Made by a program: the position numbers and the translations under genes. From a virus, in IMG/VR virus record IMGVR_UViG_3300008012_000022, positions 29,369 through 93,368 of that record: a stretch of DNA of 64,000 nt; one strand, written 5' to 3'. Below, one piece after another: positions 27,307 through 38,000 of this stretch (position 1 is the first letter of the stretch; the number at the start of each line of letters is the position of its first letter). Below the pieces are notes generated by a model. That model ran no database searches, was not told the origin of the DNA, and saw only the letters and a list, made by a program, of their open reading frames with translations.

Positions 27307-29867
27307 AGGTTCTTAGAGTAAGCGTTCGCATAGTTAGGTTCCGAATTCACAATAGTAGATCCAACAATGGCACGAGACGATCCTAAATAGTCTCGTGCTA
27401 TTGATTTATCTATTACAATAAATTTACGTGAATCATATCCAATTGTTGTTGTAATACCTCCTTGAGCATTGATGCCCACAGAGATAGAACTAACACCCGT
27501 CTCTATATCAAAATCTGTACGCAATGGCCCACGCTCATATCTTACTGTTGAACTGATTAATGGGCACGGTGTGGGAGGATTAAGTGTGCCAAAGTTTTCT
27601 AAAAATAGTTTTGCTTCAACAATACCCATGCTCATTACATCAAGAGATCGTTTGTAAAAACAGCTTTCTTGCGACTTTAAGTTTCGAATAAATTTAGGAG
27701 ATCCTTTATCATGCATTGGGCTTTCTGTTGACTCAGACCCACCTGTATTATCCGACTTAGTTTTGAAAAAGGGAACGAGTATATAATCATACTTTTTCTT
27801 TACAGCTTCTTGTAAAAGCTGTTCCATACTTCGTTCTAAAGACTGCATCATAGGACGGAAATCTTTAGTTCCCATCACAATGAATCCATGTTGAACACCA
27901 ATACGTGATGGTATTGGGTGCTGAATCACTTCAAGATTCGTGCCAATATATCTAGCTGTATTAACAGGCATATTTGCAACATCACCCCCTACCGCTATTT
28001 TCTGAACAGCTATCATATGGTAATTGCTGCCCAAAATATTTGTATTAGCTCCACTTACAACAGGATTAAAACCAACTGGATTATCATCGATATCTAAATT
28101 GTCACCAACGTCATCAGCAGCACGTATTACGTTATTGACAGCAGGATCTTTTCGTACATTAGTATCGTCTGCCAATTCTTTGATCGTAATATTTGTTCTA
28201 TGTTTCGCACGACGTAATATGCGAACTAAAAAATCTAACTCAGGAATTTCTGAAATGAAAGCATCGGCTGGAGCGGCGAAAATTTGAACTTGTTGACCTC
28301 GTTTGGTAACTGAATTATATACTCTTGCCTCTGCCTCTTTTTGATTCATCGCATCGGATATATAAATTCCGCCAAATAGTTTAACGAAGTCTTCCATGTA
28401 AGGAATGTAATCATCCAACGGATCAATTACTATGCCTCGTGTACTCACGCCTCCCCTCGGCGTATGTAAACTAGTTATTTCAACTGCTGTTATACCATCG
28501 TTCTTTATGTCAAATAAACCAGTAGAAGATCCAGCATCTATTGCGTCATCCCAAAAGTTTTTTATACGAGGATTGTTTTGACCTTCTGGTCTAAATAGTG
28601 TTGAGCTACCTACTTCGAAATCTCTATGGAAACCTGTTAATACATCATTTCCCTCTCCATATAATTCTCCCCAATTTGCAGCATCAGATCCTTCATAGAT
28701 CATTGTCCCATAAATATAGTAAGAAATTATTTTAGGCGAAATGCCTAATAATAGTAATGGAAGAAACTTATTTATATAACTCAACTCTTCTTCTGACAGT
28801 TTAGTTAAGTAGGTATCATTTAGACGGTATAATTTATCTGTTCTTAAACGGGGTTCACTATCATTTTCCCCACCCGCCTCTTGATCTCTTTGATTAAGAT
28901 CTCCTTTCAATACAACATGAGTAGCTTCAATCCCTTTGATAGATTGTGAGAATTGAATCTGAGAAGCACACGGCTCATTAAAATCTCCATGTTTGGCAGA
29001 TATGTTAGCATTAATTTGTGCTACATCAGCATTCGTCAAAATTTTAATTTGCTGAGTCATAGGATCAACATACCACGTCATTCCTATTTTACTAAGAACA
29101 GATGTTAATACGTCCCTCAGTGTTCCAGTGTCACTAAATAATACATTGTTATCTTCTAAATATTTGGCGCTATCATCCTTGAACGACATACCGAGTTGAA
29201 TCGTTAAGTCACGCAAGTCTGTAAGATAGTATCCATATTCAACACTAACTTGTGATGGATCACCAAATCTCCAATTCACTGGAGGTTTCGTTGATATATC
29301 TTTTTGCCAAATCCCTTTATCGAATTTTAGATAACCTGCGTCAGGTTCAAAGTTATAGTCTCGTGTGATAGGTGTTACATCTACATCATTAATTGTAGCT
29401 CGTGCAAAACCCATAAGGTTAATGCCGTTTTGAGAACGTTGTATTCGTGGGTAAACAGGAAGGTCCATATCTGGATGCCTGTGAGTTTGCCAATATTTTT
29501 CGGCTACAAAATAAGAACGAAAAGTCCAATACAAATCTTCGTTTAATTCAGACTTGTGTGTACTATGTTCCCCATACAGAATAATTAATTCTTTATCAAG
29601 AATCTGATGCGTGTGTTCAACCAATTCAACTTGAAGATATTTGTAATTGTGTTTAACCTGAGTAACCTCCACTACATCCATAGCAAGACCAAAGGGAGGT
29701 AAATTAATAGTAGTATCAAACTCAGGAATTTGATAATTCTGATTTTCATTTACCACTACAATTGTAGCTGTAGACGCTTGACTTGATGGTTGAAAATTGT
29801 AATCAATACTTACAATCTTACCACCAAACAATTGCCCCAAATTCTTTTTTGCTAATACATCTGCCAT
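27303..29867 (-). CDS. putative tail tip/hub protein
   Basis: 854 aa; last gene of the morphogenesis operon downstream of the tape measure. Confidence 0.55.
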   Translation of the reverse strand: MADVLAKKNLGQLFGGKIVSIDYNFQPSSQASTATIVVVNENQNYQIPEFDTTINLPPFGLAMDVVEVTQVKHNYKYLQVELVEHTHQILDKELIILYGEHSTHKSELNEDLYWTFRSYFVAEKYWQTHRHPDMDLPVYPRIQRSQNGINLMGFARATINDVDVTPITRDYNFEPDAGYLKFDKGIWQKDISTKPPVNWRFGDPSQVSVEYGYYLTDLRDLTIQLGMSFKDDSAKYLEDNNVLFSDTGTLRDVLTSVLSKIGMTWYVDPMTQQIKILTNADVAQINANISAKHGDFNEPCASQIQFSQSIKGIEATHVVLKGDLNQRDQEAGGENDSEPRLRTDKLYRLNDTYLTKLSEEELSYINKFLPLLLLGISPKIISYYIYGTMIYEGSDAANWGELYGEGNDVLTGFHRDFEVGSSTLFRPEGQNNPRIKNFWDDAIDAGSSTGLFDIKNDGITAVEITSLHTPRGGVSTRGIVIDPLDDYIPYMEDFVKLFGGIYISDAMNQKEAEARVYNSVTKRGQQVQIFAAPADAFISEIPELDFLVRILRRAKHRTNITIKELADDTNVRKDPAVNNVIRAADDVGDNLDIDDNPVGFNPVVSGANTNILGSNYHMIAVQKIAVGGDVANMPVNTARYIGTNLEVIQHPIPSRIGVQHGFIVMGTKDFRPMMQSLERSMEQLLQEAVKKKYDYILVPFFKTKSDNTGGSESTESPMHDKGSPKFIRNLKSQESCFYKRSLDVMSMGIVEAKLFLENFGTLNPPTPCPLISSTVRYERGPLRTDFDIETGVSSISVGINAQGGITTTIGYDSRKFIVIDKSIARDYLGSSRAIVGSTIVNSEPNYANAYSKNL

Positions 29868-30580
29868 TATAAAACGAAAACTTGTTTTTCATGTGGGAAC
29901 ACTTGCTCAATACAAGGTTCTAATCCCGTCTCAATGTTAGTTACTACACTTCCTAATTGTAGAAACTCTTCATCTGTTAATCTAATTCCATTCAAGTATG
30001 CCACAAACCCATTTCTATTATATGTTGTGGCGGTAATGTCATAAACTCCACTGTTATAAACATGTGGTCGATACGGCATAGAAAATAATATTCCTGTTAT
30101 CCCATCTTCTGGATCAGTCCATTCCCATGTTCCATCCTCTTGAATAAAGAAAGATTCGCCACTTCCATGCACTAATTTCTGTCCGTTCAGAAATACTTGT
30201 TCATTGTTATCTAAATCTGCCACACCAGAAAATCCAGAAATCACCTCTGCGTGAACATCATCCTCATAGAAGAAACGCCCCGAATCTGAAACCCAATCGT
30301 AAGTCAAATTACCATCTGTTGGCAGAAGATATGCTTCACCTGTAGAATTTTTCAGTTGATATCCACTGAGAAAAATCTCGCCCGTATTATCATAGAAGGT
30401 CCGTAGCCCCGAAATTGTTACGATAGGTTGTGTCTCATGCAACACATCACCGTTCACCGCAATTTCAAGACGCATAGTTTCCACAGACGGAATTGAACCT
30501 TGCTCAGAGAATATGCTTCCCTGTTGATGGTAATTTTCGCCGCTAAAATATTCGCCTGTATTGAGAATGATCTCTATCAT
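29867..30580 (-). CDS. putative virion structural protein
   Basis: VFLNG/YLNG beta motifs; tail-operon position. Confidence 0.55.
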   Translation of the reverse strand: MIEIILNTGEYFSGENYHQQGSIFSEQGSIPSVETMRLEIAVNGDVLHETQPIVTISGLRTFYDNTGEIFLSGYQLKNSTGEAYLLPTDGNLTYDWVSDSGRFFYEDDVHAEVISGFSGVADLDNNEQVFLNGQKLVHGSGESFFIQEDGTWEWTDPEDGITGILFSMPYRPHVYNSGVYDITATTYNRNGFVAYLNGIRLTDEEFLQLGSVVTNIETGLEPCIEQVFPHEKQVFVL

Positions 30581-31938
30581 ATCCTTTTTTCTACGTAATA
30601 TAGATAGTCTGGTTTGTATTGTTGTATTACATCTTCTTTGAAAGCTAATGTTTCAAGGATATCGCCTGTTCTCAAGACTGTTCCTGCAAGATATTCTTTT
30701 TCATATCCTGTCGGTTGATCAAGTATAGCACCAGTTAAAGGGCGCATTTCATACAGTGGAATAGCACCTGTCAACTGGACAGAACGTGTGGCAACAATTG
30801 AATAACGTGTCACTAAATCACTTTGGTCAATCAAGCCACGAGTATCAAATGCTTGATCACCTGTTGGCGTATAATCATCAGTCTCAATTAAGAACGAAGT
30901 TTCCTCCATGTAATCTCCCAAAGAAGACGGTAAAGAATAACCTGTAAAAAATCGTTCACCATCTGTTCTACTTACACCAGTCTCTTCCTGTAGCGTAAAC
31001 TCAATAAATTCTGAATCTCCCCATGTGTCTTGATATCCAGTAAGCACAGGTTGATATCCTGTAACACCTGATCTTAAAATTAAGGTTATATCTTGACCAG
31101 TAATCACAGTATCCACCAATGACGCTCCACTATTCTGAATCCCCGTCGCCACAAACCCACTCATAATAGGTTTCAAATCTGGCGCTGTATAAAATCCACT
31201 AATCACCATGAATTGATCTATGTATCCGCTTAAAGAATGGAACGCACTGCGATAAAACGTTGGTGATGCTCCGAGATAATAAGGTTCATCCTGACGATTG
31301 TTTTGAAATTGTCCGTTAGTGAACAATGATTGTTCATCATACGTATCGTCTGAAAGCTGATATCGCGCCACTGAGACGTTGTAAGGCGAGATAGATACCG
31401 AGAGCAGATTTTTATTTGCAAGCTCTATATCGTCCGCTGTGAGGCAAAATTCACCTTTCTCTTCGTTAATACCCTGAAAGAATACCTGATTACGGCTATT
31501 TAGTCCAATATTGAACCCACGACCGAAGACTTGACCGTCAGAATACTCATCTCTCACCAGCGAACCAAAGAGGATACCAGCATCCGTTTCCACTTTTTCA
31601 CAAGAAAAAAGAAAGGTTAACTCTGTATTATAATCTGTTTCTGAAACGTGGTCTTCTGCGAATGGCCCGAACTTTACATGAGAATACGACACGTCGCCAC
31701 CTGACCTTTCATTTAACCGAAAGTTTTCAATTGTGTGTTGCGCGTTAACTTGTGTGCCGCCTGAGATTTGAACAACTCCTGTATATTGGCCAATAGTCGC
31801 CGCTGGTGCTGTATTTATCAGCGCCCCACTATTTTGTGCCCCGTCTACTATAACCCCTGTATCATCGAAGTCGTAATAGAGTAGCACGGCACCAGTGCCC
31901 CCCTCAAGGTAAGCGTTAATTAAATTTCCTAAAGTCAT
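30577..31938 (-). CDS. virion protein with LamG/concanavalin A-like domain
   Basis: LLYYDFDD, YYLGA, LSGYIDQF. Confidence 0.6.
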   Translation of the reverse strand: MTLGNLINAYLEGGTGAVLLYYDFDDTGVIVDGAQNSGALINTAPAATIGQYTGVVQISGGTQVNAQHTIENFRLNERSGGDVSYSHVKFGPFAEDHVSETDYNTELTFLFSCEKVETDAGILFGSLVRDEYSDGQVFGRGFNIGLNSRNQVFFQGINEEKGEFCLTADDIELANKNLLSVSISPYNVSVARYQLSDDTYDEQSLFTNGQFQNNRQDEPYYLGASPTFYRSAFHSLSGYIDQFMVISGFYTAPDLKPIMSGFVATGIQNSGASLVDTVITGQDITLILRSGVTGYQPVLTGYQDTWGDSEFIEFTLQEETGVSRTDGERFFTGYSLPSSLGDYMEETSFLIETDDYTPTGDQAFDTRGLIDQSDLVTRYSIVATRSVQLTGAIPLYEMRPLTGAILDQPTGYEKEYLAGTVLRTGDILETLAFKEDVIQQYKPDYLYYVEKRI

Positions 31939-33497
31939 ATCAAGAATGTTTTATTCAATGAAATTCTATTGTTACCTGTTTCACAAGAATGAGATAGTAA
32001 AGTCCCATCTTGCACCGAATATTGTTCCATCCATCCTGAAACTGTTAATAGCGCCGAACTTACTGACACTCCAGTTGGCACGATACCATTTACACTGATA
32101 CTTTTTCGTTCACGAGTTTGAAATAATTCTTGCACACAAAACGAATCATCAACAGTAGGTGATATTTTCCATCGTGGCAACGAATGCTCACATGTAACTG
32201 TTACGTTGGGATTGAATAGTTGCCCTGAAAAGATATCGATCTGATTGTTATAAGTATATTCGTATTCGATTTGAGATTGGAAAGGTGACTTGTTGATGTT
32301 AAATGTCTCATAACGAGTCTCCAATGGTCTATCAGAATAATCTAAACCAGCTTCATTGAAATAGTTGAAATGTAATTGAGTTATCGCAAACGGATTAACA
32401 CCAGAGAAATATGCTTCCACTTTCTTGTAGCGAGTTTCTTCCTCTGGTGCTTCGGTCAAGAATATATCTTTGTATGAATCATAATATACTCTACCACGTA
32501 TGTTAGCCTTTATAACTGGATCGGTTTTATTAGCGGCGAAATTTACTGTGAAGTCGTGATTAACTTCTCCCGTCTTTGGGTTCGATGGGTCTGCAAAGTT
32601 AAACGCGAAGCTTATAGAGTTAGCACCTGTAACCTCTGTATATTCATAATCAGAAGGTCCACTAAATACATTATCATAATAACCATCTTCAAGTAATGAT
32701 TTGAAATTCTGTGTTGCTTCTTGAGCGAACTCTTTAGCTTGTTCAGGTGTGAAGTCTCCTGTAGAGACAGCGCCAGATATACCTCCACGGATCGTTCCGT
32801 TGACAGAGACAGTGAAATCTTCTCCATTGTAATCTATTTGTGCTGTTGGGCGAACGATAGCTGTTGCTGTATCATACGAATTGATAGCAGTGCTTAAACT
32901 CCACGTCTCTGCTATCCCATATGAATTGTTTGCCCTATCTAACGTCTCAGTTTTATTATCAAGTATCATCGTGTCACCTGAAAAATATAGAGAGATAGCT
33001 TCAAAACCATTCATTCTTCCATTAACGAAATTGCGAACTTTCGTTAACGAGTCTGCATCAGTTTTTACCGCACGTGCTGATACATTATGAGTAGCAGTAA
33101 CTATTCGTTCATCCTGTTCTGTGAAATTCCATACGTCTATAGGATCAAGTATACCGAAGAATTGAGAGAAATCTTGTTCTTGATAAGCTTCGAATCTTAC
33201 TTCATATGGCAGAATCTTTGTTAACTCCGACTCTCTAAATGATATACTGATAGGTTTAGCATATGTGAATCCTGTATTTCCAACTGTTAACTGTTGGAAC
33301 CCTGTGGTTAATGCATCTACTAGTTCATCCCGTTGAATCTTTAACTCCGTAAGATTACAACCTGTTAACTGTCCTATCAGCCCAACATTTTGGCGCAAGT
33401 AATCCAACTGACCACTTAGAAAGATAGATTCATTATCTAAATCTAAAAATGGAGCAGGACTAAAATCATAGTTACCATATGAAACTGTATTACTCAT
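31935..33497 (-). CDS. putative tail protein
   Basis: Beta-rich, downstream of the tape measure. Confidence 0.55.
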   Translation of the reverse strand: MSNTVSYGNYDFSPAPFLDLDNESIFLSGQLDYLRQNVGLIGQLTGCNLTELKIQRDELVDALTTGFQQLTVGNTGFTYAKPISISFRESELTKILPYEVRFEAYQEQDFSQFFGILDPIDVWNFTEQDERIVTATHNVSARAVKTDADSLTKVRNFVNGRMNGFEAISLYFSGDTMILDNKTETLDRANNSYGIAETWSLSTAINSYDTATAIVRPTAQIDYNGEDFTVSVNGTIRGGISGAVSTGDFTPEQAKEFAQEATQNFKSLLEDGYYDNVFSGPSDYEYTEVTGANSISFAFNFADPSNPKTGEVNHDFTVNFAANKTDPVIKANIRGRVYYDSYKDIFLTEAPEEETRYKKVEAYFSGVNPFAITQLHFNYFNEAGLDYSDRPLETRYETFNINKSPFQSQIEYEYTYNNQIDIFSGQLFNPNVTVTCEHSLPRWKISPTVDDSFCVQELFQTRERKSISVNGIVPTGVSVSSALLTVSGWMEQYSVQDGTLLSHSCETGNNRISLNKTFLI

Positions 33498-35034
33498 TAA
33501 AATAATTGTAGGCTAATACCGCTTGAACTGTCTGTTTAAGTATGTTTTCCGTTGTAGTTTGGCGCACCAAAAAAGAATAATCTGCATCAGGCGCAAACCC
33601 ACTAGCAAATGATAATGCATTTGGCACTAAAACATCATTAGTTTTTGCAGTTAAAGATACATTAATCGTTCTTTCTCCGAGCGTTTTACCTGCTCCTTGT
33701 ACTAATATCTCTTCGTCACCGTAGATAGGAATAACAGTATCTCTACTCACAGGTTTTCTATCTGAAATAGTTGCTGTTCGAAGTAGAGTGCCATCTGCTA
33801 ATCCAGAAAACTGTGGATCAGTAGAAAATCTAGAGGTGTCAGACACGGTGTTGCCGAAGGGTTCAAACGAAACATTTCTGTCAACTTCGAAAAGTTCGCC
33901 AGAAGTTACTTCGGGAAAGAGAACTGGAATTTTACTGTATGGCAAGTTGGTGTTACTCTTCCAATAATCTTTGTTACGAGTAAACTTCGTAACGTCGTTC
34001 TTTCCCCTTGACGACACCGTTAGGTTAAAAGTGAAACTGTCAAAACCCTCTGGCGATTCGGTCTTCGCCGCAGAGTAGTCTATATTTGTATTATTATTTC
34101 GGCGCGGGTCATTTGTGAATTCTACATCTAATGTAGCTACATTACCCTGCTCTGATACCCCTTTTGAAATAAGGGTGGGTTGACTGTAGGCACCCGTGTT
34201 AGCTTGAATTACAGCGTCTAATGTGCCAGTGATACCATGTATTATATTCGCTTCGTATGGTTCAGAAAGCGCCCGAATTTCAAACGAATAATTTTTTAGT
34301 TTGTATCCATCTGACTGTAGCACCGTCTTCGAAGTCTCTGATTTAGAAAAAGGAAGGTTAGCAGTTGTTTCTATCCTGCTAGTTTCTAAAGATTCTGAAA
34401 ACTCGACACTCTTGTTAAGTATATCAATCGATTCAGTTGCGACAGGTTTAAGTCCCGCATCTACTCTTCCCCATTCAGAAATACCATCTTCCTGAAACCC
34501 ATAAGCTGGACGGTTATTTAGATATACATTCTTTAAGAATAAGTATGCTTTGTTTAAAAACTCACCACCAGCATCTTGACGATACTTTAACGAAACACTT
34601 CGTTCATAACTATATGAATTCTCGCCGCGATTAAAATTAAATGACTCAGAGAAACTTTCTATATCTTGTGGCGACGGAATTAAATCAGTAAGATTAGATA
34701 GAGCGCCATCTTCTTCAATACGTATACGTTCTTCAATGACAATGCTGCCTTTGGTTCTGTCTACCCCACGTGATTCATCAAACTCAATTGATACTACGTT
34801 ACCGTTACGAAATTCGTCAGCGCCGATTTTCGCCGCTATATTAGGTTGAGCATAAGCAGTTTCAATTGCTTCCATGCCCACTTGTAATTTATCATCTCCA
34901 TCTTCTCCAGTAACATCTTTCAAATGGAAAGAGTAATTGGCAGACACTAATAAACCCCACATGTGTTCACTACCAAAATATTGGAAGCTAACACTGGTGT
35001 TAGAGTTATCTATTTTTGAGATGTATAATTTCAT
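33490..35034 (-). CDS. putative tail protein (distal-tail position)
   Basis: Immediately follows the tape measure; beta-rich. Confidence 0.55.
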   Translation of the reverse strand: MKLYISKIDNSNTSVSFQYFGSEHMWGLLVSANYSFHLKDVTGEDGDDKLQVGMEAIETAYAQPNIAAKIGADEFRNGNVVSIEFDESRGVDRTKGSIVIEERIRIEEDGALSNLTDLIPSPQDIESFSESFNFNRGENSYSYERSVSLKYRQDAGGEFLNKAYLFLKNVYLNNRPAYGFQEDGISEWGRVDAGLKPVATESIDILNKSVEFSESLETSRIETTANLPFSKSETSKTVLQSDGYKLKNYSFEIRALSEPYEANIIHGITGTLDAVIQANTGAYSQPTLISKGVSEQGNVATLDVEFTNDPRRNNNTNIDYSAAKTESPEGFDSFTFNLTVSSRGKNDVTKFTRNKDYWKSNTNLPYSKIPVLFPEVTSGELFEVDRNVSFEPFGNTVSDTSRFSTDPQFSGLADGTLLRTATISDRKPVSRDTVIPIYGDEEILVQGAGKTLGERTINVSLTAKTNDVLVPNALSFASGFAPDADYSFLVRQTTTENILKQTVQAVLAYNYFNE

Positions 35035-38000
35035 TATTTGCTTTTAACTGGTTTAAAATCAAATTCGTAGGTCGTAGCTCCTCCAGTTAATTCTTTTGCA
35101 TCTGCTTCATTTGCAGCTTCACGCAGTTTATCAAACACATCTCTGATCGCGGGAACATCGATAGCTTGACTTACTTCTGCTAATGCCGCGTTAGCACGCT
35201 TCAACTCTTGCGCTACCGCTTCTGAATCTTTCGCCGCAGTAGACATAAAGCCGTTGAACTTCTTCATGTTACCTTGAAACTCAGTTAATGAATCATATAG
35301 AGGTTTTGCAGCAGTATCAATTTTAGCTTTAATCTGATCGCCTAAAACATCTTTGTCTGTTGCAGTTTCAGACGTACCTTTATTCTTAAGAGCATCTTCG
35401 TCTAGTAGGGTATCAATATCTTTCTGTTCTTTATCGAACTTGCTACGTATCTTTTCTTCTTTAGTTGCGTTTGCTCTAGCAGTGTCAGCAAATCCGAGCG
35501 CAGTAGTTCCCGCGACACTTTGTTGAATGATGCCACCCATCTCAGATATTAATGAGTTAACCACTCCACGTAGTTGCTCTCTACCCGCTTCATCGTTAAG
35601 AGGGATCTGGCGAATAGCAGCTTCACCTGCTGTTTTAGTCTGTCTTATTAAATCAATAGATGATAGAACGTCTGATACGGAATCAGCGTTTTGAAGTTGA
35701 GAGAACTGTCTAGTGATTCGATTAACAGGTCCACCAATTTGTCTACCTAATCCTTCGGCCCTTCTGAAATCTAGTTTTTGAAATACTTCTTCCTGAACTC
35801 CTTTGCTGAATCGAACACGACCATTCTCATCTAAAGGTTCAGTTTCACGAGCAATGTTTGTCGCTTTACGAAACGCTTCGAATGTTTCATTACGGAAAGT
35901 AACCTTACCTGAATCACTTACTTCTTTACCTAAAATATCATCAATATTAAATATTTGATTATTGGCTATATTAGAACGTAACCGAGAACGATCTTGTCCT
36001 GCTACTCCTAATTGATCAAACAATACATCGTTGTTAGCGCCGAATGGATTGTTAATATCTATAGTATTTAATCCAGCATTAGGTTGACCTAAGTTTCTAA
36101 ATTTCGCGGCTAAATTATCTACACTCTGACCATACTGTTGAAGGAAAGCTTTGTTTTCAGCACGTGTGCGCTCAAACGCAGCACGTTCTTCAACCATTCT
36201 CTGCTGTTGTAGTTGAACCATCCCCGCGAACAGTTCATGGTTGGCGCTTCGCCATTCCTCAATACCCTCAACATTGATTCCTTTTTTAATGATTTCATCC
36301 ACTTTATCTTCGAACGCTTCAAACGCATCTTTAGTAAGAGGTTTATCGTCATCTATAATAAAGTCTCGAAAGTTTGTTAAATCATTAATTTCTTTTGATC
36401 TCGCATCACGATTTCCGAATGCACCTGAGATTAATTTCTCGCCGCGTAAAGCTTCTTTAGCTTCGGCGGATAATGCATTTAATATACCACCACGAGCATC
36501 ACCAATGAAAGACTTATCTTTAATCTTTACTCGGCTGAATGCTTGAAAGAATTTCTTGTTATCTTCAATACCTCTTAGTTTTGATAGACTAATAGTTTCT
36601 TTTTCGATTCGCTTTGCAATGATATCCTCTGCACGTTTCGCTGCATCTGCTGGACTCTTATCATCAGAAAAATCGAACTCTCCACGTCGCCTTTTACCAT
36701 CAATAGTTTTACGAATAGTTCTCTTGTTTTCAAAGTTAGATCTAGCGAATGTTTCTGCAAATTTCGGATCATTAAGAGCAGTTCTTATATTGTCTACGCT
36801 TTTATCGAAATCAACAATGTTTATTTCAGGCAGTTCAGTACTTAAGTTGAGAGCACTATCAGCATCATTTTTTGCAAGTCTTAGTTTTTGTTCTTCAAGC
36901 TTGAGTAACTTCTGAGACTTTCTGTTTGCTTCATCTGCCGTTCCTTCTGGTAAAAAGCGAGCAAGTGATTCTTGTAAAGATATTTGATTACGCGCCGAAC
37001 CAAAGTCAAACTGTTGGAATTGCTTATCACGTTTTGATATTTGACCAACACGTGATTTTACTACTGTTCTAGTAGTATCTATTCCTAAGTCATCAAATCT
37101 TTGGCGCTGCTCACGTAGTCTATCAATCTGTCCTACTACACGTTCGCCTTGAATTCTTTGTCTACGTGCTTCTGCTTGAGCATTAGACACAACATTGAAA
37201 CCAGTAATTCTACCATCTGCTCCATATGTAGCTAATCTTTCTTGACCCTCTCCAGCTTGTACTGAATTTTCAATTTGATATTGGCGCTCTTGATCATTTA
37301 GTTGGTCAATGGTAAACCCTGTTAATGGTTTGGCAAAGAACTCAGTTAAATTACGAACAGTCGGAAGTTTAAGTTCAAAATTTGCTAATTCTAATCCTGT
37401 TTTTCCGAGAGATTTTCCGAACTTTTCAAGACCTATATCTCCTTCTTCCGCAGAAACAGAAAGGCCCTTTAATGAAGGAATTATATCACTGAAAGAAAGA
37501 CCAAAGTTATCTATTTTACTACTTCCTCCAATTAATTTCCCATCAAAGATATCAAAGTTCTTTTCTACTTTACCAATATGCTTTCCTATAGCATCGAACG
37601 GGGCAGTCAAGGTTTGTATAGCTACGCCTTGAATCGTTTTAAATGTATCGCCTTCTTCCTTTCCTTCTCTAAATAGTTTGGTGCTTAGTCTATCTTCTTC
37701 ACTAGTTTCACCTATCTCACGTTTACGCGCCTTATTAGCAAGAATACCACCACCAATTGCTAAGGCTAATGCGGCAGCTATAGCACCTCCTACAGCAAGA
37801 CCTGTTCCACCTGCTACACTACCACCTATAGCAGTAAGAGCTTTACTTGATCCTGCTGCTGCTAATGGTCCTAACGGAACATTCGACGCTGCTTTACCCA
37901 ATCCTTTCACCGCACTAGATAGAGGTTCCATGGCTGATACAGCAGCCAAACCTAATCCTGTAAATAGAGAAATCTTTCCTGACATCTCTTCTGCCGCCCT